A DNA stretch of 63,648 bases, counting the filler, from Folioceros fuciformis (Eukaryota), in the NCBI GenBank assembly GCA_049999805.1. It is 8 parts of 8 records of this genome, joined end to end, with 100 filler letters (N's around TTAATTAATTAA, not from the genome) between each part and the next. Parts side by side here need not be neighbours in the genome. Positions count along the whole stretch, not along the records: positions 31,064 to 44,427 come from JBNGIO010006442.1; positions 44,528 to 51,402 come from JBNGIO010006443.1; 6 more parts are not named here. One strand, given 5' to 3'. The translations under genes were made by a program, and so were the position numbers. The notes below the pieces were generated by a model that made no database searches, was not told the DNA's origin, and saw only the letters and a list, made by a program, of their open reading frames with translations. How positions within the stretch are numbered: the first letter of the stretch is position 1; every line of letters starts with the position of its first letter. This document shows, one piece after another, positions 37,342 to 48,224 of this stretch.

Positions 37342-38371
37342 CTCATCCTATTCAACGAGTGGGAGCTAGCTGACTGACACCCTAGGTTTGGCACTGATTG
37401 CAAGAGCTGTAGACACAGGACCACAGCATGGAGGAGCCGTGGACGGAGCACGCCTTGAAACTCGTGGCAACATGGTGGCCTGAACCATGGTAACAACTTA
37501 TGTCAATCCATACATATGCATCTCATCTCAGCAGTCTTGCCAACCTTACTGCCCTGCGTGAAGCGCAGTGCATACAGAACCATGGAGAGTCAACGTGGTT
37601 CATCAAAGAGCCTTGTGTATGCAAGCCCAAGGGGGTTTCTCATTCACGACTCATGTCACGACTCGGTGAAACAACGGAATCATGTGGATGCGTTGAGGAT
37701 TCTACACTACAAGCATGATCGGCAAGCATCGTTACAGAGACAGGGCACCCTGCAGCTTCGAATTCTGAAGAATGCACCACCGTCTGCATCGTGCCTCGAT
37801 TGTGACCCATGCACACACACGAACAGGGAGTTCCAGGTCAGCTGTGGAAATCAAGGTGAGTTACAGAGCCACAGCAGGTGCTTCTAGACATGTTGGGATT
37901 CCATCCCACACCTCCAGTGTAATCTGTCCCACACTCTTACCAAACCAACCGGAACCACGAATCCTCCCCACGACTTGAACCTGAACCGCCTTGCCACATC
38001 GGAGACTGAAGGTTTCGCCCCCTGCAACAGGCTGTGCTTGCCAGACACGTTTTCTTGGAACACTCGCATCCTGCTGTAGAAGAAACGTATAGGTGCAGAG
38101 ACTCACCTTGATTTGCATTGCTTTGTCCGTGCAACCTCAACAGTGTCTGCGTTCGTGGCTCAGGAATGCATTCACCACAGGACGCCACTCAAAGCAGGAA
38201 TGCACTTGTCGCTTGTGATCGTAGTAGAGAGCAGGAAACTACCCACTTCATCGGAATCTCTCACTTGCGTCCAACACACGAACCTCAAGATTTGTGCTCT
38301 GCATCTCTTTGCTCTCGTCCTGCCAGAAGAACAGTAACTGCTGCACAGTGTACGAGGAAGCAACACACAAT
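37342..38371 (+). repeat. ~1.1-kb duplicated segment, copy 2 (immediately 3' of the DYW pseudogene)
   Basis: Colinear with 32061-33165. Confidence 0.9.
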
Positions 38372-39054
38372 CACCCCATCATTTGCCTGGACTTCCCGGC
38401 TGGGACTAATAAATCACATGTGGAACTAATCACTCTGCCAGCCACTCTCCTAACGAATCTGCGAACCACTCTCCTTCCAACCATCTTCTCTCTGCTCCGC
38501 CCCGAGGCATGACAACCACCTGATGGACCGCCTCGTTTCCTCACGTCAGGCCCGAAATGCGAAGGTAGACAATCACACACGCCGAATGTGAGTCACGTCA
38601 ACGCCAAAATGGATGACAGAATCGTCGGTTCCACCAAGTCCGATGCGAACCACATGGACCACGGCGCCCTTTTATCATCAGAACCACCAAGGTGCAAGAT
38701 TCGCAAGGTGGTGTTCCTGGCCAAGCTCAGAAACGCGGCGAGGAGAGACGAGTGACAGGATAGAGCGCAGCCGCTGTTCTTCAGACACTCGTGTCCGCAC
38801 AAGAGGGATAACGGACTCCGCAGACGCTCCCAAAATGAAGGCCGCCTCAAACAGGTCTCCACATTGCAAGGCAGTGAATGCATCTGTTTGCTGTGGCTAA
38901 GTACGATGTTACACACTTGGAATGTACAACTCCACTTTCCCCGATGTAAACAGGGGGAACAACACCGTTGAACCCTTCTGTGAGGATGACGCCGTTGTCG
39001 AACTTCAAACGTTTCATCCCATCCTTGACAGCTCTCTCCACATCCAGGTGACCA

Positions 39055-39835
39055 TTTCTTCTTCCACTTGTTCACACAGAACCAGCGCCTCTTGAGCAAG
39101 AGCTTGCTGTGCATACCCAGCAATCAGGGCGTTCCATGGCACCACGTTCTTTGTGTTCGTGGTGTTAATAACCTGGCGTGCATCCTCCAGTTCCCCACAT
39201 TTTGCATACATGTCCACCAGGCTGGTTCCCAACACTATGTCATCCAGCAGGCCTCTTTCCAGCATCTGTGAGTGCAGCTGCCTGCCCTTCTGTAAGGCAC
39301 CAGTGCTCCGCTCCCACAAGCATTCAAGAAGCAAGTAAAGGTGACATGGTTTGCCAAAATGAGGCCCTCTTGCTCCATTTTTCTACATAGAAGAAGAAGA
39401 AGCGCATCTTGGCCAAGTCGTTGTTGTGCATACCCAGGCATCAGAGCATTCTCTGTCACCACATCCTTGGTGGCCAAGCTGTCAAAAACCTGGCGTGCAT
39501 CTTCCATGGAGTTCGCAACATTCTGCATACATGTGGACACCAAGTAGTTTGCCCTACCCAACACCACGTTATCCACCAGTTTTCTTTCAACAATCTGTGA
39601 GTGCAGCTGCCTGCCTTCCCATCCATCTGTAAGGCACCAGTGCTTGCACATGCGTCCAGAAGAAAAAGTAACATGGTTGACCAAAACCAGCCCCTCCTGC
39701 TCCATTTGTCCATACACAGCAAGAGCCTCATGTCCAAGCCCTTGCTGGCCATACCCAGCAATCAGGGTGGTCCATGTCACCACATTCTTTGTGGCAAAAC
39801 TCTCGAACACCTGGCGTGCATCTTGCAATTCGCCA
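39055..39835 (-). pseudogene. PLS-PPR fragment related to the GRP array
   Basis: Segments QDARQVFESFATKNVVTWTTLIAGYGQQGLG, GRQLHSQ and TSLVDMYAKCGELEDARQV; multiple frameshifts. Confidence 0.88.
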
Positions 39836-40259
39836 AACCTTTGCTGATTGGTTTCGTTTAGGGATTCGCCTTCGGCTTCGGATCATCTCTACTGTTGGCA
39901 CAGTATTCGGCTCCGACACAGGCATACCTTGCCTGTTCCGTCCTCGCGAGGCTTGAAGCTAAGGAGGGTTTACGGTGCCTACACAGGCCCTCACATCGGG
40001 GGCATGAGATTCAGCATGTCAGCAGTGTTGTTGTTCGTCGCCATGAGGAGGATTCCGAAGAAATAGAGTAAGAATTCCCCAACCCCTTGGAGATCGTCCC
40101 CCCGAAACCGGACTGATGACCTAGGCAGCCAGCTGCGCCATGTGAAGGTAGCTTGGCACCACTGGAGATGACGAAAATGAGTAGTGGCTCGACTCTCGGC
40201 GCGGCTGGAGTGCGCAAGCATTCAAACCTCGTCAGGTGACAGGTATTTTGGAAGAAGTA

Positions 40260-41550
40260 TCATCGGAGCCCGGGAAAGTTTGAAAGCCAGATGACGTAGT
40301 ACGGAGAGTGCGCGGGAATTTGTGAAGAGCAGCAGTCTACTTCTCCCGCCATCAAGGGGCTTCTACTCAGCCTCCAGGCTCTTGTTGTGAGACATCATAA
40401 CCCCTGGGCCCTAGCACAATTCATTGCATTGCAAGCTGACCCAGGAAGTTTTGATGGAGACTGATGGCTTGAAGTTGGGAGAGATGCCAACATGCCTCTG
40501 TTTGCTCCGCCCAGCTCTCCAGTCCCTACAGGGAAGGACGCGAACAGGCGGCCTCCTTGGCAGCTGGCAAGGGAGCCGCTGGGGGAGCACAAGCCGCCTT
40601 GCGCTAAAGGGGGCAGTAGGGGAGTGGATCAGTTCTTTCCACGGAAGTGGTGAATGCCATCCCTCAGCCTCCTATGAATGTGAAGCAGCCTAAGGAGGTT
40701 GAGGTGGAGAAGGTTCTAATTCTGGCCGTGAGAGCGGGGAAGGCCGCATGAAGGTATGGTCATTTCGACAATGTGTCTGGCCGGCCAGGTGCACAGTGTG
40801 AGAAGCGGGTTGGGTTGAAGCCCTTTGAGGGGGTAAGCAGTGCTGTGGCAGCTGGGAGAGTTTCGGCGGGTGGTTTGAACAGAAGGTTGGCGGATGGGGA
40901 TAGGGTCAGGGATAGCATGAATGGCTCCTGCGGTGATGTGCATTGGGTCCCTTGGGATGATTGTAGTTCAGATGGCTGCAAGGCTGGAGCCATCGGGAGT
41001 GGAGATTGTCAGCGCTGTGGAGGTTGGAGAAGGGGTTGAAGTTGGCGCCATTTTTGGTACCCCCAGTTGCTCCGAGGATGATCATGAGGACATGGGTCCA
41101 ATGGTGGAGATATCTAGCTCCCCAAAATTGGTGAGGAAGCTGAAGGGATCCTGGCTATCCACCAGGTATAGGCTCCTCCACTCCCTCCATGCTGTGATGT
41201 GCTATTCTGAGCTGGGCTGGGCTCCCCAGTACAAGCAAACATGAAGATTGGCTTGTCTGCATAACCTCACTTGCTTTGTAGCAGGGGCAAAAGCTCCCAC
41301 ACAATACAATGAATTGGGAGAGCAGACAAGGTTAGGCTAGGCTAGGCCATGCCAGGGGCCATGAACCTCACAGCACACACACTAGAGGAGGATAACGATA
41401 CCAAGTCTTCCTTCCCTCCCCCACTTGTCAAAACAGGAAAGAACATGACTGTTGCTCCACTGCTCCGTGCAGGAGAGATGCCTTCCTTCACATTGAAGGT
41501 AGGTTTGTGGAGCGTCGAATCCCACCACCTGAGCTCAGCTCAGCGAGGCT
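40260..41550 (-). mobile_element. Possible highly decayed LINE ORF1/ORF2-start relic
   Basis: Broken minus-strand frames weakly resemble L1 ORF1 (VCAVRF, HVCLYW, Ser/Pro/Thr-rich tail). Weak support. Confidence 0.3.
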
Positions 41551-41789
41551 CCTAGCCCGTTCATCGTCATCCCTTCCTTGGACTTTTTCCCTTTGAGTGG
41601 GACTGTCCTTCCGGGTTGCTTCAAATCCCACATTGTATTTAACTCGAAAATATATAAGGTGCCTGTCAAAGAGAGAATGGTCAGATCGCGTATTCGAATG
41701 GGAAACTGTCTGTTTATTGTTTTAAACTGTGGGTTGATAAAATGGTCTGCCTCCCGTCTGTACTCAGGTTAGCTCAGGTATGGTACACA

Positions 41790-41930
41790 TGCAGGAGAGC
41801 ACCCTGCTGCCTCAATGACTCTGCCACCTAGTTGGTGGGCATGTACGCAAAATTGTGGGGACTAGAGGAGAAGAATGATGCCCTGCTTGGCCTCAAAGGA
41901 TGTGAGGATGTGGGTCTGGGTAACGCGGTT
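41790..41930 (+). pseudogene. Very decayed PPR relic
   Basis: LVGMYAK..GLEE..KDV; paralogous to 42745-42850. Confidence 0.45.
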
Positions 41931-42119
41931 CCTGTGTGTGCGCGCCATGCAGTAATCATGCTGGTGCGGAGAGCGGTCGTCCCTGCGTAAGGTGCACCGC
42001 ACAGGAAAAGGCGCCCGACCCGGGGATTCACAGCCTCTTGCCCCTCCAAAACCAAAGGCCAGTAGGCCGTGTGAGTAACGTTGCGTGCCAGGGTCGCGTT
42101 GATGATGGCTTGATGACTG

Positions 42120-42307
42120 CTGCTTGCCCGAAAGATGACTTCCTTGCAAAGGAAGACTGCTTGCCCGAAAGATGACTTCCTTGCAAAGGAAGACTGCTTG
42201 CCAGAAAGATGACTTCCTTGCAAAGGAAGACTGCTTGCCAGAAAGATGACTTCCTTTGCAAAGGAAGACTGCTTGCCAGAAAGATGACTTCCTTGCAAAG
42301 GAAGACA
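42120..42307. repeat. Satellite, 5 x 37 bp, with an internal palindrome
   Basis: Unit CTGCTTGCC(C/A)GAAAGATGACTTCCTTGCAAAGGAAGA; periods 37, 37, 37, 38. Confidence 0.95.
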
Positions 42308-42344
42308 GGTGCAGTAGGTACAGCAGGTTTGTGGACCCAGCACG

Positions 42345-42406
42345 TTTAGGGTTTCGGGTTTAGGGTTTCAGGTTTCGGGTTCGGGTTTCGGGTTTCGGGT
42401 TTAGGG
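42345..42406 (+). repeat. Interstitial telomere-like repeat, 9 units (TTTAGGG/TTTCGGG variants)
   Basis: TTTAGGG TTTCGGG TTTAGGG TTTCAGG TTTCGGG TTCGGG TTTCGGG TTTCGGG TTTAGGG. Confidence 0.9.
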
Positions 42407-42744
42407 TTCAGCCAGATTCGTAGCGCATTCATCGTCATCGCTTCCTTTAGACTCATCAGGGGGAAGCGNNNNNNNNNNGTCTGGGTCAAGCGCATTCATC
42501 GTCATCGCTTCCTTTAGACTCATCAGGGGGAAGCGCGGTTGGTCTGGGTCAAGCGCGGTTGGTCTGGGTCAAGCGCGTTGAATGAGAATGCCCTTCTGGG
42601 TTCCTTCAAGTCGGCCATTCTACTCTACCTTGATTAGACACATATCTTGCCTGCCGCGAGGAGAAAAGTCAGATTGCTTGCATATGCGAATGAGGAACAG
42701 TCCGTTTGTCAGTCTCAGCTGTGACAGCATTATTGAAAAAGGTG

Positions 42745-43050
42745 AGGACGCTGCTGCCTCAATGCCGTCTGGCGCCTGCCTGGTAGCCATGTACGCATTT
42801 AAACTGCGGGGACTCGAGGATTGATGCCATGCTTGGCCTGACAGGATGGGTAGTCGACTTGGACAGACTGCCCTTACATATGTATCCAGCATGGACTTGG
42901 TGACGAGGCACTTGCCGTGTATGAACGCATGTAGGTGGCGGGGCCCTCATGTTGCTCTTGGTTGCCTTCGTGGTGTTCTTTTAAGATGCAGGCGAGAAAG
43001 ACTTGGCCACAGGGGACTACAAACGTGTGACCACGGGTACGGTTCTTCAT
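42745..43050 (+). pseudogene. Very decayed PPR relic
   Basis: CLVAMYA..GLED, TWT and QHGLGDEALAVYERM in shifting frames. Confidence 0.6.
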
Positions 43051-44527
43051 GGGAGGTCAGAAGGCAGCAGCTTGTTGCGAGCAGATGTTACTTAGTGGTA
43101 CTGTATTCAGCCTTAACAATTGTCTTGGACTGTGACACAATAAGATGAAAGCCCTTCAGCCAACAATGAGTAGCATGTATTAAGACTTGTTCTTGTGCCC
43201 AGATCATGAGCCTCAGGCCTCCCAAACACAAGAACAGGGTACAGACTATGCCCTCCCTGCCTTGACCCACTGTGTCTACAGCTATTGCCCATTTGATCCG
43301 TTGCAGGTCCAGACCGGCACAGCATTTCCAATTAGTCTTGGAGGTGCCTCAATTCTCCATACTAGTGGGTAGTCTCAACTTCTCTGATCAAGAACCTCTG
43401 ATGATATTTTGTGTTGAAGTTGCAACAAGCTGAAGTTCCTCAAGCATGCCCTGCCATCATCAAGGACCCTCAAGCTGAAGTTCCTCTAGCATGCCCTGCC
43501 ATCATCAAGCACCAAGTTGAGTCAATACCAGGATGCTTTGTGTTCTCCAAGTCCTGTTCTTAGAGCTTAGGGTCTCAAGTTGCAAGATATGTATTCGTGA
43601 CTCATGGAGCGCAAGTGTGACTATAAGTGTGTCTAATTCATACAGCAATCATTGCCTTGAAAGGCTATCTTTAATTATTGCCTTGAGAAGCTATCTTTTC
43701 AGTAGAGGCCTAAATCACTAGCAGCCCATGATCAGGAGCAGCATTTCACAGTTCTTTTGTAACTAGAAAAGCACTCCTCTACAGTATGCCAACAAGAAAA
43801 GTAGAAGGATTGAGCATCTCGGGGAATGCTTTCCTTCAACCATTGCGGGACACATCCAAGGAAGCCCTCATTCCTCAGTGCTTGGCGAGCAAGCTGAATA
43901 ACTATCGATAAGGTGAAGAAGGGAGCCAGGGCTTTGCTATTTTGAGAATTGCTTGCTTCAAAGATAAAAGTGCTCACTCCTCGGAAACTGGCACCTGCGA
44001 CTATTCCTACGGCCATAAACATAGTCTCAGGTCCAGTGTTTCTGTTCATCGGAATGTTGTCCTTGCAAAATGGCCATCGCCCACTTCATTGAAGTCTCCT
44101 CCTGGCCGCAAGATCAACCGGAGCCATGGGAAGGTCTTGGTGACCTCATCACATGCATTGGTCAGGCTGGCAACCATCTTAGTGTCTTTGGGACCTCAAG
44201 TTACGGTACTTTGCTTCCGAAAGTGTTGGCTCGAATGGTTGGTGAATCATCTCATTTGCATTTGCTTTTATCATCGATTCTCTACGATCACGAAGTCAGG
44301 GAAATGCTGTTTGTTGCTGTCCTTGAAACTTGCGTTCAATCACAAAATGGAGCCTGCAATTCTGTTCGTTCAATGCAGAAAAACAACTCACACCCTCGAG
44401 CTTCCGTCCTGTAGCAGGCTGTAAGTTNNNNNNNNNNNNNNNNNNNNNNNNNNNNNNNNNNNNNNNNNNNNTTAATTAATTAANNNNNNNNNNNNNNNNN
44501 NNNNNNNNNNNNNNNNNNNNNNNNNNN

Positions 44528-44850
44528 AAGTCCACATGTCCTGTACTCGGGGTTTCACATAGTACGTTGATAATTGAATGCCCGTTAGAAATCCCCTTGG
44601 TAATTGTCCTGTGCGGGCCGCAATTGCAAGAGCAGCCTCCAATTGTTGACATGAAAGAACAGTGTTATCAAGAGCATCATCTAGAAGTCTTTGGTCATCC
44701 ATGCTCACATATCTTAAAGATAGCCCACAATCGGTGATGGCAACATCATTACTCCCCTCAAAGTAATTCAGTAAATAAAATAAGTCTCGAACTACACTTT
44801 AGTGTAGCAAGGGCTACGTCGTAGACGACCATTTGCCCCACATTGGCCAT
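44528..44850 (-). pseudogene. Harbinger transposase N-terminus, second copy (cut by gap)
   Basis: Near-identical to 49287-49609. Confidence 0.85.
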
Positions 44851-45624
44851 AGATTGTCAATCCCTGAGCTTCGACCTAAACCGTAGCTGCTTGCTTCGAC
44901 CTAAAACGTAGCTGCTTGTTGAGCATGAAACTTGCTAAGCTTTGTCAAAGTCCATAGGGACACTTGAGTTCGATCGCGAACAGGCCAAGGCCAGCCCGTT
45001 GTACTGAACCGGTGATGACCCGTTTCAGGCACTTGGCCACTCTCGGTCATGAGTTCCGGTATGGGATAGTTCACACGTAACTGGGAAAAAAATCCCTGGA
45101 AAAAACGCTTAGGGTGGTTCGGGCTACATGGGAACCTAGCATTACTTGGTACATTGGACCCGCCCGGGTCCTGACTCCTGATCCTGTGTGAGAATCCACG
45201 ATTTCGTTTTCATTGCCCCACATTGCTTCGCGACACTAATTTTAGCATTCACGTGCAATGTACCTTGCAGTTATTTAAAATTGAATTTAACCAAAATTTT
45301 ATTTATTGAGGTAGGCATTTCCTTGTCCTCTACTAACAGCCAAAAATCACATATAGTCCTCTTTCTAAACACAAAAAAAAAGTGCTTTCTTCACCAAAGG
45401 GCCAAAGGGCCAAAGGCTGGCCAAAGAGATGCATATGGAAAATACAAATGTGAGAAAGGAAGATATTATAACTCGTTGCCTCTACAAACACTGCTTCCCA
45501 AAGTAGTGAGAGACATTCTAAGAAATTTGGATAATGTGTTTTTTATACTTGACACATTTACACTTCTATAAAATGAGCAACTCTAAAGTGCATACCTTGT
45601 CGAAACACTTTGCTTAATTTGCTT

Positions 45625-47181
45625 TTATTTTGCAGTAATTATTTTGACCTTTTTGTATACCATGGTTAACACACAATTTGCTACACCAGTCTCTCCTATA
45701 GTTTTTGAGGATAGTGCATCCAAGGTATAATTGGTTGCAACACCGGGTCTACTTGGTGCAGTGAACCAAAACTCCTCATTGGAGTTGTGGAACAACCAAG
45801 TCTCTTGCAGTTGCTTCAAACAAAACAACCACAAATAAGAGGAAGGATCGGACAACAGAAAACGACGTTGAACTACTTGACCGTCCAATAATGGAAATGC
45901 AACTCGACAAGTTGCTCTTGATGGAGTGCACGATTCCTTTGGCTCCTCTGGAAGGTTGGTTGTTTCAAACCAAGGATAGCTAGCATTGTAATGTGTATCC
46001 TTGATGATAAGTCTAGACGGAAGATCCCATTGTACCACTTGGTCGCCCTCTTCAAATATGGTCCCCAATGGTAGTGCTTCCTCCACGATATCTCTTGTGT
46101 TGGGTCTTTTGTAAGTGAATGGCAACCATTGCTCTACCAATGCATCCGAGCTTATGTCACTTGCATCACATTGTTTCAATTTCTGCCCGGTAAGTGGGTC
46201 AATCACAAGTATGCAAAAAGTGCTCTCGCCTATGTTGTAAAAGGTCTTCACTTTTAAGATCTCTGTGCTGTTGATTGGGACTTTCCATTCAAGGAAAGAC
46301 TGTACAATGAGATCCTTCGAAATCTTGTTGTTGCAATTTTCCCACTTTCCAAAATGTGGGAATGCCATGATCTCGTCCCCATGGATGTAGGCTAGGAGCC
46401 ACTTGCTCATTGATAATGCCTTCAGCTTTGCATCATGCAAATTTCCCCAATAAGATTGCATGGACATAGATTTGAAACCATGGTTGACAGTGGTTGTTTC
46501 TTCATAGCTTTGGAACCATGGTTGTCCATTTGTAGCTTGCTCATCTGATGAAGGTTCTGATTCTTCATCAATTGTGAGTGGCCATGGTAGTTCACTTGCA
46601 CCAGTCCATGGTTGCCCATTTGTAGGTTGTTCATCTGATGAAGATTCTGATTCTTCATCAATTATGAGCGGCCATGGGAGTTCACTTGCACCAGCCCATG
46701 GTTGCCCATTTGTAGGTTGTTCATCTGATGAAGATTCTGAATCTTCATCAATTATGAGCGGCCATGGTAGTTCACTTGCACCTGCCCAGGGTTGTCCATC
46801 ACTCCATGCTAGTTCACTTGCACCTGCCCAAGGTTGTCCATCACTCCGTGGCTGTTCACTTGCACTAGTCCATGGTTGTTCCCTTGCACAGGCTGTGCAT
46901 GGCTGTTTACTTGCTTCAATCCATGGTTGATCATCTCTAATTTGTGCATAAAGTTCCATAGACCATGGTTGTCTACATGCTATTATAGCTTCTTCATGAC
47001 TTGCACTCCATTGTCGTTCGCTAACTTCAATCCTATGTGGTTTGCCACGAATGGTTTGTTCACAGATTGTGTTGCATGGTTGTTGATGACTAGCATCTGT
47101 GCAAGTCTTATCCCACATCGCTTCATTAGCTTGGTTAAGAATTTCGCTCACCAATTTGTCTTCCCCAAGGTTACGCTCCAT
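45625..47181 (-). CDS. Intronless PUX7/UBXN7-like protein (UAS + UBX) with an N-terminal acidic repeat region, 518 aa
   Basis: UAS: AKLKALSMSKWLL...KVKTFY...ILVIDPLTGQKL...LPF. UBX: LPEEPK...CRVAFPLLDGQVVQRRFLLSDP...LWLFC...GVANC. Repeats: 3 x 90 bp plus 42-bp units at 46516-46870. Confidence 0.88.
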   Translation of the reverse strand: MERNLGEDKLVSEILNQANEAMWDKTCTDASHQQPCNTICEQTIRGKPHRIEVSERQWSASHEEAIIACRQPWSMELYAQIRDDQPWIEASKQPCTACAREQPWTSASEQPRSDGQPWAGASELAWSDGQPWAGASELPWPLIIDEDSESSSDEQPTNGQPWAGASELPWPLIIDEESESSSDEQPTNGQPWTGASELPWPLTIDEESEPSSDEQATNGQPWFQSYEETTTVNHGFKSMSMQSYWGNLHDAKLKALSMSKWLLAYIHGDEIMAFPHFGKWENCNNKISKDLIVQSFLEWKVPINSTEILKVKTFYNIGESTFCILVIDPLTGQKLKQCDASDISSDALVEQWLPFTYKRPNTRDIVEEALPLGTIFEEGDQVVQWDLPSRLIIKDTHYNASYPWFETTNLPEEPKESCTPSRATCRVAFPLLDGQVVQRRFLLSDPSSYLWLFCLKQLQETWLFHNSNEEFWFTAPSRPGVATNYTLDALSSKTIGETGVANCVLTMVYKKVKIITAK

Positions 47182-47731
47182 TTTGGATCAAGGAAGCTCG
47201 ATTTCAGACACTTAGTAGGGAAGCTAAGCAATATCCTCTCAAAAGGTGTTGCCCTTTGCCTTTCTTGAAGCGTAACAACACAAGTAGCTAGGTTCACAAT
47301 CTATATGCACTATGTAATCTCAAGAAGACATCAAGATGATAAACTTAATTGTGAGCTTGCAAAATAACCTAGAACGTCTACTTGTATTGATAAAATAATA
47401 TCATGTACAACACACATATATAGTATATGTAGCTCATTTACATATGATGGTATGTCATTTTGACATGATATCGAGCTTTAATAAAGTATGCCTATAAAGT
47501 TTGTGGACAAAAAGGTATTACATATCTTCAGTTTCCCACGGGGATGGGATATGCAATGGATGGCAGTGGGACAAAGTATCCACACGGTTTGAAAGAACTT
47601 CATATGCAAAGCACATTCACAGTGTGTACATTACTGTGGAGCGATGCTGTACAAAAGGCATTTCGCTAAACTACGCGCTCTCTGTTCGGACAATATGTGA
47701 TTCCGAACGCGCTTGCTTCTATCGAGTTATC

Positions 47732-47880
47732 GGCCGCGTCGCAGCCGTAGTCGCCGGGGTATTCTCCCTTCAGATAGCTCGGGGGCTCGCCGGAGAACGG
47801 GCCCATGTATTTGGGCCTGTCTGGGCCGTACCTACAAGCAAGATCCGTGTTCCTTGATTTACATCGCGTTGCATGTCTCA
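47732..47880 (-). pseudogene. LHCB: Captured LHCB/LHCII fragment (intron 3' end + ~100-bp exon piece)
   Basis: Acceptor ...GCTTGTAG|G at 47832 is followed by [33 protein letters not shown], matching LHCII WYGPDRxKYLGPFS..PSYLTGEFPGDYGWDTA. Confidence 0.9.
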
Positions 47881-48224
47881 TGGCTGGCTAGCTCGAAGCA
47901 TTCAAGAACGAACAGGTCTGGACGATTGCATCCCATGGTCTAGGTGAGAGGGTAACAAACGCAGCTCATTGAGGAGGAGCAAAGCACTTGGACGCGAGTA
48001 ATGGAGCAAAGGAAACTTGAGGTGTATGAGTGAACCGAGGAGAAAAGATTGCAAGCTAACTCTGAATTTGGGCGTGGAGTGGTCTAGGCAATGATCGGCA
48101 TATCTCTTGGGACCCGAAGTCTTAGTTTAGCTATCATAGAGGCAGCCCATATCAAGAAAGGGCGGGTAGAACTTACACAACATTCATTTCTCAACAACAA
48201 AGGGTTGAACATATGGTTTCTAGT

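Noticed and set aside
42120-42307. Palindromic 37-bp repeats resembling a CRISPR array
   Set aside because: Units are contiguous with no unique spacers, no cas genes are present, and the context is eukaryotic
42423-42576. 46-bp and 20-bp duplications around the 10-N gap
   Set aside because: At least partly likely overlap artefacts of gap flanks
43700-44427. Minus-strand coding-like stretch containing GGDFNEV (APE endonuclease-like)
   Set aside because: A single short motif amid stops is not enough to call a LINE
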